Part shown: positions 49,501 through 61,500 of the stretch, piece after piece
How positions within the stretch are numbered: position 1 is the first letter of the stretch
Layout of the letters: each line of letters begins with the position of its first letter
Position numbers and translations under genes: made by a program
NCBI RefSeq assembly: GCF_963853765.1
Contig: NC_088858.1
Span: 7,936,001-8,000,000, forward strand
Source: Magallana gigas
Taxonomy: Eukaryota
Length of the DNA stretch: 64,000 nucleotides
Direction of reading: 5' to 3'
Notes under the pieces: generated by a model
Database searches by the model: none
What the model was told of the DNA's origin: nothing
The model's input: the letters and a program-made list of their open reading frames with translations, nothing else

Positions 49501-52500
49501 AGAGAGAGAATGTCTTTTTTTTTTTTAGAATTGATGACCAAGAGGATTTCAAATTTCCACTATAATGAAGTACAGTAGTAAATAAAACTAAGTGATTCCA
49601 GTAAGAGTGAAAGAAAATAAGAAAGGGAAGAGTGTCTTTTTATGATGAATTATACTAGTATCATTCTTGTTCAAATTTCAGGATAATAATTAAGTTTACG
49701 GAACAGACCATCTCTGTTCTGGATGAAGAAAATCCAGACTCAGATAACAGTATTCCTATGGACTCGTTGAATGGTGCTTGTGAATTTGCCAAACAAGACA
49801 CGTCACCTTTTTCTACAAAGAAACACATGTATGGGAAGGGGGAGATGTCGGACCAAGCTACTCAGCATGTCAGTGATGAGGTGATTAAAAGAACACTTCT
49901 TTGTTAAATGTAATACAGCCTTTGATTGTTACATGAGGCAATGGGTTCAAAGCATCAATACGTTTTCATTGGTTTGCCACATATCTCTTCATATCCTATT
50001 ATGCATTACCTCATTTTGCTGATACTTTTCTTAAATTCATATGTCAGAAGTAATAAATTAAGCAGCATTTGTATGGAAAAACAAAGTTCAGGACAGAAGT
50101 TCTGTTGATTTCTTGTTTTGAACTGTGAGTCTATTGGTTTTTTGTCATCAGATGGTGATGCCTGGCAACAGAGAGGACATGGCCGACTTCCAGGAGAGAG
50201 CCTCGGCCAACTGCCTGACCCTGGTCCAGCTAGTCCTACCCCTCATCAACCTCTACATTCCAGACCAGAAGTTCTATGAAGTTCTGTACAATAGGTACAA
50301 CAATCCACACTTACTTCCCTCAGAGATGCACCTACTCTTTGTTCTGGTGTATTGTTCTAGTTTTGGTTACTCCCCTGAATGACTAGAAAGTAGTGGATTG
50401 GAATATATGTTTGTTTTTCTGGAACATTAAAATTCATACATTAAAGGATGTAACCTGATGTATGATTTAAATATGCTTTATTTGTAGGATTAGCAATGAT
50501 CTGTTGCTATGGGAACCAATGGCACCTGCTCCAATTCCGACCCAGGAAGTTGGGCCTGGGTCTATCCAGCCATTTGATCTTAGCTGTTATACTCATGTCC
50601 TGCAGGAAAATTTTAGTATGGCAAAGTCAGCTATACAGTATGGTAAGGGATTACAGACAGAACATTTTAGTATGACAAAGTCAGCAAGACAGTATGGTAA
50701 GGAATTACAGACAGAACATTTTAGTATGGCAAAGTCAGCAATACAGTATAGTAAGGGATTACAGACAGAACATTTTAGCATGGCAAAGTCAGCAATACAG
50801 TATGGTAAGAAATTACAGACAGAACATTTTAGTATGGCAAAGTCAGCAATACAGTATGGTAAGAAATTACAGACAGAACATTTTAGTATGACAAAGTCAG
50901 CAATACAGTATGGTAAGGGATTACAGACAGAACATTTTAGTATGGCAAAGTCAGCAATACAGTATGGTAAGGGAATACAGACAGAACATTTTAGTATGGC
51001 AAAGTCAGCAATACAGTATGGTAAGGGAATACAGACAGAACATTGATGGAGACAAAAAACTGGTCATTATGTTGGGACTGTTATTATGTTAGCAAACAAA
51101 CACGAATAAATAAAACTACTGAAAGAACAAATAGACAAACACACTAGCAGAAAACTTGTATGTTGCCCATAATACCATGACATTTCTTACATTTTTCAAT
51201 TAACAAACATACAGAAATATCACTCTGAACTCATTATTATGAGATGTTGAAATTCAATGGACTATTTAGAGGGAATGTTAGAGTTTTGCCTGCTATTTAA
51301 ATTTTGTCACATCATCTTTCGGAGTCAGTGAGTCAATTTCGAATAGGACTAATTTAGAACAGTAAATTTTATAAAACACAATGCCAAATTTTTTCAAGTG
51401 TGATCAGGCTTAAATAGTATTGGAACAAAATAACATAATAGAGTATACATAATACATATGTAATTGTAATGAATCAACAGTTACCTGAATCATATATTTT
51501 CTTCTAGAGTGGCAATAATCCTAAAATGATAATCAAGTTATATCTATAGTTCTTAAGATCAATTATGAAATATGATTCTGTTGGGAAAAATTTGATTCAA
51601 ACTGCACATTCTAGACTAATTGTGTAATTAGCACATATAGTTGTTACTGATGCAGGAAGAGATAAGATTTGTCGGAACTGTTCTGAAAGGAAATACAATG
51701 CAGTGATAAGGAAGTTATTTTTTTATTTGCATCTTTTTTTATTATTCTTTAAATTGTTTCAGCAATGTGAGCTGCAATTTTCTTGGTGAAATATTTTTAT
51801 TGTCAAATTACAATTCACTACTAAGATGACAAAAAGGTTTATGGTTTACAAACTTCTGTTATGTTTTGAGGAAATAGCTATTTAGAGGCCCTGATTGAAT
51901 TAAAATTACTTCATTGTTATCATTTACTACAGTAATTGGTTTGCTTAGAAAAGAAATCTGTCTTTTAAAAAAAAATTATTGATTATTTTATTCTTATTTA
52001 TCACAATGGTTTAAGATACAGGCAAAATAAACAAGATTGCAGGTTTTTGCAGCAAAACTAAATTTTCAAAAATACAACTCAATATAAATATTGCTTTGAT
52101 CCATGTATAATGACTGGAATTGGTTTGGCATTTTAAGATGTTAAAGAGTATAACAGTGGTACCAACATTATTGTTTACAAACGACAAGCATGATTCTGAT
52201 ACACGAATGATTAGCATGGTACACTGATAATCACTAACTTACTGAATTTTCACGATACACGAACAATAAAATGTGCAAACAAATGATCCTACACCATTTA
52301 ACACGCAAAATCAAAATAGATTTTTAAGATCAAAGGTAAAAAAATGTATTGTTTTATTTATATATTATAATATGCTTATGTTTTATTGAAAAGCGGCATG
52401 AACAGTAGCCATACACTGTTTTATTTTTACGAGTAAACGATATGTTAGAATGCATATACTTAATTACTTAATCATTATACTTAATTAAATTGTTTTGTGT

Positions 52501-55500
52501 CCACAACAAATAGTAACTTCTATGATAAGTTAAAGAAAATTAAGAGTAAAAGGAAGGAAGATAAAGCATAATTACTACATGAAGTTATTTACATACGAGT
52601 TGATATTTATTTATTCCATACCTCTACATACAATTATTCGTAATTATGAGAGATACAGGTAAATTTGTTGCCTTGTTTCAAAGAATTTCGATATTACACA
52701 TCCCATATTTTTATTATATACAGTACATAATTGATTGAATTCTATTTTTTGTAAATCCAATTCTTACAGCGTCTCAATAAATTTTAATTCGAATTAATCT
52801 TTATACAATGTAACAGAGAGGAATGCATATCGAATTTCATTTTAAAAAAACCCGGAATAATTGTTAAGTTTTGAACAAGGAATGGGTAAGCTTGACCTTT
52901 TTATTCAGCGTGCCTCACTTGATAATATGATTAATATTATGTGTTCATAATCGTAAGAATACTTGATATAGACTGATTTCAAAACTCTGGCATTCCATAA
53001 AAAAAGTTACAAAACGAAAAAACTGCATGATCAGGCTCGATCACACATGGTAAAAAACGCAAACTAATTTTTCTGATACACACATGGTCCAACACATTAC
53101 AGAAAGGGTCACCCATGAAATATGAACTATTCAACACAATTGGCTTGACAACAATAACGATGTTATCACTGTAGTCCCTTCTGTATATATTCACAGACTC
53201 TTCAGATGAGGAGGAAGATAGTAGTTTTGGTTACTACAGTATTCATGACAACAAGCATCCACGCAGGACATTTGACCAGAAGTCAAGGCCAAGTAAGATG
53301 TGTCTGTCACTCAAGATAGACAAAGGGAAAATCACAGCAAGGACCGACTCAAAGGTAAGATGTGTCTGTCACTCAAGATAGACAAAGGGAAAGTCACAGC
53401 TCGGACCGACTCAAACGTAAGATGCTCTAAATTGCGATTAACCGACTAGCAATTCTGCCATCTATTGCCATCCCCAATTTTTGCTTAAAATATGAAAATT
53501 TTCCTATATCTTGATAAAGAACTCATCTTCATAAGGAGATCAAGATAACCTAAAAATCGCCACAACAATCTAGGCCTCCTAAAGTTTAATAATTTTGATC
53601 TACACTTACCTAGAGTTAATCTCACTAATCCTTAGTAATGATCACAGGGATTGTGATGACCACAAGGAGTCTGTTTTACTGTACTGGTAGGTGTGGTACA
53701 AGATATCACCCAGGTTTATTACTCCCTACTTCATGTTTATTATATATTTCAACAATTAATCCAAAGTTAGATGAGGGAAATAATAAACAGGTTACTTAAA
53801 GTAAGGTTTGTTCAAATAAATATAGCTGTATAGTACAGTGTACTGCTTTGTTTTATGTTACACATACACAAAGGCCATATTGTTCATATGATAAGCTCCT
53901 AGGATTGTTATCAATCAAAATAACAAAAAATAATTCTATATTCTATGGCTTCAATGCAGCTTTATCTTCATTGTAAAGTTTCACTTTGCAAGAGACTAAT
54001 ATTAATAAAAGCTAACAGTATAAGAGTGTAATTTGATTTTGTCTGCTCTGCCATGTCAGCAGATTTTTTGATCTAATGTATGTTCATCTACAGTACATGG
54101 AGTACAAGCAGTCAATTAATTTACCAGTATATGTTTTTTTCAGGCTGAGGATTGCCATGGGGAAGTTATGGGTGTGGTCAAGGATGCCAACCTGTTTGTG
54201 GCCTCCAGTTACCAAGGAAACCCACTGCTTCAGTATATCTGCTTCTATTGCAATAAAGCAACTTTATATCATAATGGTAGGTAGTCAATGTTCATCAGTC
54301 AAAATTCATAAACTACCACCCAAAACAAGTAAAATAAAAGGGTTTTTAACTAGATATGACTGTTAAGTTGACTGTATCACTCCTAAAATTTCAAGCCCTT
54401 ACAGCCACCAGTTGTTTTCATTATTCCATGAAACAATTGTGTTTTATATCAAAATTTGAAAAAAGTAAACAGAATTGAACATAAACATAAGAAGGAAATA
54501 ACCTTTTTGAAGACATTTCAGATGATAGCAAGAATACAGATACATTGTGTATGCAGCATGAACTTCAAGGTTGTTAGGAAGGTCTAAAGATGTATCCAAG
54601 AATACAGATATACAGCACAAGATTTAGGTCATTTAGGAAAGTCTAAAATGTACCACAGAGTTGTAGTACTCATCAGGTCTTCTTGACAAAGTTAAACTTC
54701 TACATGCAGTATGCACAGTTTTACACAGACATATGCTTGTGAAATGTTTTGTTTCCCCAAAAACATAAACATGTAGATTCAATTTGTAATGATCTTTTTT
54801 TCAGCTGCAGTTCCAGATAAAAAGGAAGAATTTGAGATAGAGAATTTGGACTTTGAGACAATCCCTGCCCACCTGGAGAAGAGTTGTATTATAGATAGAT
54901 CTGAGCCTGGGGTTCTGTGTCACCAGTCAGCTGATGTCGAGTCCACGGTCAGGGACATGGTGTCAGTGGCGGTCAGAATCAAGCTCGACTCCACCCCCCT
55001 CAGTGACCTAACGCGGGATGAGAAAATCAAGGTCAGCTATCAGGAGCACTATTAGCTACATACGTGTTGTGCTGGAAATGGTACAGGTCTAAAGGGTTCA
55101 AAGAATTTAACTTTCATTCATTTTAAACATGATAGCAGTAGATCTACTGGTTGAATTGTATCTTTGTGAGACTTGATCATGCATATAATCTTGTGATGTT
55201 TTGCCAAGTTCATCTATTACTAGTACCTACAAATTATCTGCTTTATAGAGGGAATAGTTAATTCACCCAATTTTCTGTCGTGTTATTCAGAAGTTAATTT
55301 AGTCAGAAATAATTAGAGACCACTCAGCGGCTACCCTATAGTGATCAATCTGTCCATCCATCCATCCATCCATCCTGCTGTCCGTCCATCTGAGATCACT
55401 TGTTCGGAGCATTTTTTCTTTCTCTCACCTTGGCTCAATCTGGCTCATACTTCACCCACTGAGTGTCTTTGGGTAAAGGGTGTGCAATGACCTTGAACCA

Positions 55501-58500
55501 AGTTTCTAGATCTAAGGTCAAGGTCATAGCAGAATTATATAAAAAAAACCTTGACTGGATCATATATATTCTTTCCTCTTGATCCAGTCTGGCTTATACT
55601 TCACCAACAGAGTGCCTTGATCAAAGATTGTGCAATGACCTTGAACAAAGTTTTTTGGTCAAGGTCATATCAGACTAGTTTAAACAAAAATTTTTGTATC
55701 ATATATTCTGCACATACTTCACATTAACTGAACTTTAGTTAAAGGGTTTGCAGTGATCTTTAACCATATATCTAGATCAAGTATTAAGGTCATAGCCATT
55801 TTCATTAAAATTCAGTTTTTAGTCTTGCTCAGATAAAACCAAACAATTTCATTAAAGGTAAGCAGTGAGTTTGAATTTAAGTTCTATACTAAATGGAAAA
55901 TTTCTAAGTCCTAGGTTGAGGTCAAAGCAAGTGTTCTGAAATGCTTTTAATCCTAATGTCCAATATTTAAGGGTGACTCTTTGAGAGGGTCACTATCTCA
56001 ATAATGTCTAGTTACATTTTATATTTATTACAAACAACAGATACCAGTAAGTTCAGATAGATATAATCCATAACAAACTAAATTTATAAGAACAGTGTCC
56101 ATCTGTCTATCTGCCCATCCCAGTATTATGATGTAAATTGCTTATGGCTTATGGATTTTTATTTACCTTGATCCAAGGTCATTCTATCAGGGTCAAGGTC
56201 AAGACATGGCAATTAACAAAAAAGGGGGAGGAGGGACTAGCTAGAGTATTAATCCTTTTGAAAAGCTCAGAATTTTAAAAACAGCTATTATTATTTGTAT
56301 CCTCTGTCTCTCAGGAGTTTACAGTAGCAGTTGGTGTCACTGGAGCAACTCTAAGACACAAGATGGCCGAAACAGATATGAGCTGGATATCTCAAGTATG
56401 TTATCAGCAAATCTCATTTATTTAATTAAATTATATAAAAGAAATTCGTACATTCTATAAATTGTATAATAATTGAAGAAGGAAAAACATATTCAAGTTT
56501 TCTATTGCTTGTGTATATCTTAAGCCTTTTTCTTTTCACTGAGAAGTAAAAATTCATATAAATTGGCAAGATCAAGGTCCTAAAATAGTTTTCAAATTAA
56601 TTTTGTTATGTCAGCATACACACATTGTATAGTAGAAGACTTCAATGCAATCAACATCAAAGTAGCAGAATAAGTTCTATAAATGGCAGAATCTTTTCTT
56701 GTAGATTTTGAACTTTTTGGATGTGAAGGACTACGACATCCTTGGATATGTTACTCCAAAAATCCTGACCGAGCTACACGTACATCTCTGGGACTGCGCC
56801 GTGGATTACAGGTCAGTCGAATTCTCCATTCTAATGAACTTACTATTTGTTTGACCATTACTCCTGCATATTTTCTGTTGATTATGTTTATTTTCTTAAA
56901 AGAATTTTAAAATATTATTGTTTATTGCATTTGATCTTGTTGCAGACCATTGCATCTACCAACCAAAGGAGTAGTAGCAGCCAATTACTTCAGTATTTCC
57001 AGTAACATCGTGGCCAACTCCCAGACCTCGCTGCTGAGGTATTTCTTCATTCACTGGAGAGTGTGACAATGCACTTATACATCCATAGAAGAAACTGTCC
57101 TAAAAAGCAACATTTCCTTTTTGGGAGTTGATTTTAATCAACTCTCCTATGCAGTTACTTTGGCAAACCGAAAGTGAAACAGTGTTTGGACCTAAGCACA
57201 AATCATCACCACTGACAAGACTAAGTTCTTGAAAATAATAGAAAAATATTCGATGTAATGTATGCTGAAGCATTGTTTTTCAAGGAAACTTATCTATAAA
57301 CACTTTGAAAATATTCAAATTTTATATACCAATACTACAAACAATTTAGATATTTTTGTAGTCTCATGTATTCTTACGCCAGAGTGAATATAGTCTCATA
57401 CATTATTAATACTATAAGTTCTAAGTTCTAATAACTTGTAACTAACTTTTTTTAGACTTGCTGTACAAAGTGCAGTGTATTGAGTTATTTGTATAATGTA
57501 ATCCAATGACCAAGCTTCAAACATTCGTATAATACATTGTCATATTCTTGGACTCCCTCTGCAGGTTTGTCTTGGAGGATGCTGGGATGTATTTGTCTCA
57601 AAAGAAAGGGAGAGAATCCACTGTCAACCTCAAAAAAGGTAATGTGGATCATTATAATATTAATTTTGTGTTGTATTTAATGGTCTGTTTTTCTTTTTTT
57701 GAATTTACATACACATAGATAATGAGATAATTTTTTTGATAAATTGCTACAAATGATTTTAATGATCGATTTTGTTTTTACATAATTATACATGTGTATC
57801 ACACATCCAGGAAATATTGGAGTGTGTTTGATACTATCTGTACATTAAAAATCTGTCAAGGGTTTTTGGATATAATTTAACACAAAATCAGTGATTTGAT
57901 TGACTGCATAGTTAAAATGTTTCAGATTATGTATGTGTGCTTGATGTGGAAAGTTTTGAATTGGAATTGCGTACAAGTGACGGAAAAGATCCAAAGTTTC
58001 CAAAGATGGACTTGCGGCTCCGAACCAACAAGATCAACATGAGGACGTGTACCGACTCTTGTAAGGCTCTGTTTGAGTTGATTCGATACTTTGCTAACGA
58101 TGGCGACCTCGTGGAGTATGAGGAGGAGCCCACCAATAAACGCCAGAGTCTGGACCTAGAGATGATGAATAAGGAGGAGGTATGCTATGGTTGAACAGTC
58201 AGTCATTGTAGTGTCAGACTGGCCAGACAAAATAATCAAGGAGAGAGAGATATAATATGTGATTGTTCAGAATTTAATATTCTTCCAAAATAGTATATAC
58301 TTGTAATTTCAACACATGTATCCTGTTCTTGTTATTACTCAAGATGGCTCTTAAGATGATAAGGTTTGCATGTTTTATTAGTTTGTGTGAATGGAAATGG
58401 GCTTAACATTTGATTAACTCATGCAGCAAAACATCTGAATCTTTCTATCTCGTAGGACTCTCAAAGTTCTAGAGAATACACAGTGACTGTAAACAATGAA

Positions 58501-61500
58501 CATCTACATATATCTCAATATTCATTGCTCAGAAAAAAAACAAGGCAAAATCTTCTGACCTCACACACCTTTCAATTACAGGCCTCTAGTGATGAGGACT
58601 CCAAGAAGAAAGAGTTGAGTGAGTCCAGATTGGAAAACCTTTCCTCTCATCTGGAGGATGCCATGCAGGAATCTGGATCCGGATCAGATAATGGTGAGTC
58701 ACTGCTTCCTTGGGTAATTTCTAAAATTATGGTTTAATTCCATTATCTATGGTATGAAAGTGTTTGTTCATCCACACTTTGGTTATGAACAATCAGGGTA
58801 TGTGCATCTTTTCCTTGTGAGTAATTTTTTGGGATTATTTCCAGATGGAAGTGAAAGCTCCAAGCAAAGTCCTAACAAAACAGAAGTGTTCTTCGTGGCC
58901 CAGGGGGAGAGGACGGATGCCCAGGTGCCCCCCGCAGGGGTGATGCGACCTATTGTGATAACAGCCAGTGCCGACTCTGTAACCAGTAGTGCTGTGTCAG
59001 AGAGAACTGATATCTTCAGCGATGAGGAGGAGGAGGAGGAGGAAGAGGACTTCTGTATCATTGATGATGCAGGGCTAGGCATCACTGTAAGTTGTTGTGA
59101 TATGTACATAGGGTGTATAAGAGGAGAAGACCACTGTAAGTTGTGAAACGTTTAGGATGTGGATTGTATCTCCAGAGTGGAATCAAATATTTGGATGATT
59201 GATTTTTTTTATGTACATGTTTCCGTAGATGTCAAAAGAAAAGAGGACAGACAATGTTCTTCTACTTGGATACTTTTTTAAAAAGAGCGTACCCCTACTG
59301 CTTTGCCTAATGGCCAGTAATCTATTGATTGATATCATAGACAGAATTTACACTTCATATATGAAAATTTTATCCACATGAAAACAAATTTTCTTCTAAT
59401 TTACTATAGCCAAGAGATGGAAAGCCAGAGGTAAAGATATTCACCGATGAGCCGATAGAGATCAAAGACAACTACTTCAGTCAGCCTCATGGTAAAACGG
59501 ATCTCCTGAAAGCCCCCGACCACTTCCCTAACGCCGAGTACAGGTACACCCTAAAGGAGCTGACCATCGTCTGGCATATGTATGGAGGGAGCGACTTCTC
59601 CGATACACCTGTCCAACAGAAACCGGTGGAAACAGAAGTGGTCATGTCTAGAAAAATGAAGGATTATGGGTAATTGCAGAGCTTTAATGATATTTATTTG
59701 TGATAAAAGTAAATCATTCATGAAATGAATTTAATTTGTATTGCCATAAAGGGCTTAAAAATAAATATCAAGTCTACTCTTTTCTAAATTTCAGAGAATA
59801 TGTAACAGAGCCTTCCATACGATTTGCCTCCAAAGGGTCGTCAGTGGACCGTATCCCGTGGACACAGCGCGGAGGGGTGGGGAGGGACCACGACACTCTG
59901 ATGGAGCTCCAGCTCACTAAGGTAAGACAGGTCAACTACTGGTTATTGCATTAGTCTAAATACTGAGACTAATCTCATCCAACACCTACATGTAACCTTC
60001 TGAATTTTCTTTACATCTGGATCAAATTTTGTTGAGATGATCAAAGCAGGTTTTGTTTCACTTTCTGAATGATGTCTTCACTCGCTGTAGTGTTAACATG
60101 TAATGCTTTTTTGAAACAGATAAAAATGTATGTTTCAATTTTTTCTGTCATCACCAGTTAGTTTATTACCAGTAATGTTGATTCATGAATTGCTTCACAC
60201 TGATTAACACTGTCAAGTCCTTCTCTCAATTTCCATATTAAATTGAAAATTTATTGGATTTACTGATGTTCTTAACTGATTTTCTAAGCTAAAGTTTAAT
60301 CACAAATTTCAGAAACACAACAAAAAAGCAATAACACTTTGAATAACTGTGTCCATCTATAATGGATGTCATATATTTTTAGGTGAGATTTCAGCATGAG
60401 AGGTACCCTGGTCACACAGAGCAGGCCTCTAGACAGGTGCTGATTATCAGTGATGCCGAAATCAGGGACCGACTGTCTGACTCCAAGATCAACAAGTTTC
60501 TGTACCAGTACTCCTCTGAAAACTTGCCAAAACAGACCAACTCCAACATGGTTAGAACCTAATCAAATAGTCTGTAAATCAAAAATCCAACTCTTAAAAT
60601 GGTTATAACTCCTATCATACACTCTGTAAATCACATGGCCAAATATAATTAAAATCATGTAAAAATGGGATTTAGCAAACAAAAATTCATTAACATTTAC
60701 TACAAGAAATATGAGTTGGTAATATTTATACTTTGAAAAAATCAGTTTATAATGAGATAAGTTTATGATATTTATAACGGTACTTTGGAATAATCTGTGT
60801 ATAATGTCCTAGCTGTAATTCCTGTATCCACCCTATACCTCAGGTACTTCTGAACCATGATATATGTCTTTAACAATAGCTAAACAAATTGATTGAAACT
60901 TAGTCATTATGACATATAAGAATACAAAATATCCATCACTTGATGCTTTCCATTCAGGTGTACATAAAAGCATTACACAAGAGACCAGATCCCAGTGTAA
61001 AGACTGAGGAGTGCTCACTGAGAGTTTCTCTACAGCCACTGAGACTCAATATTGACCAGGTATCTAGCCAGGTTTTGTACCTCTTTAAAAAATAAAGCTT
61101 TTTAAAAATGGCCACATTTTTTTGCTTGCAATAAGTAATTTTTGATCCAGAACAAAGACATCAATTTTTCTTACATACAGTGTATTCAAAGAGATGATGA
61201 CAAAAAAAACAAAATTTTAATGGTGCAAAATTTTCTATTTGCAATTTTTGTATGATTTATCTATAACATTTAAAAAAAATGTCTTCTTTATATTTAGGAC
61301 TCCTTGTTCTTCCTGAAGAAATTCTTCACAGAAATAACCGGTGGTAATGTAGATGATCCCTCTGACCCTGACCCCAAACAAAGGGCAAGGTCAGTATCTG
61401 GAGCCAGTGGAGCTCCAGCCCCTGTGATAACAGTCGGTCAACCAGAGTGCCCCGGGGAGGAAAGAACCCCCCAAGAACTATTGATGAAGTTTGATGAGAT

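Noticed and set aside
50504-51046. 180-aa repeat ORF as an independent gene
   Set aside because: Its first part is ATG2 exon 20 and the rest is the 54-bp donor array. It is reported as an exon extension instead.
52000-53150. AT-rich block with CpG-containing patches in ATG2 intron 20
   Set aside because: Likely decayed transposon sequence, with no termini or credible ORF identified.
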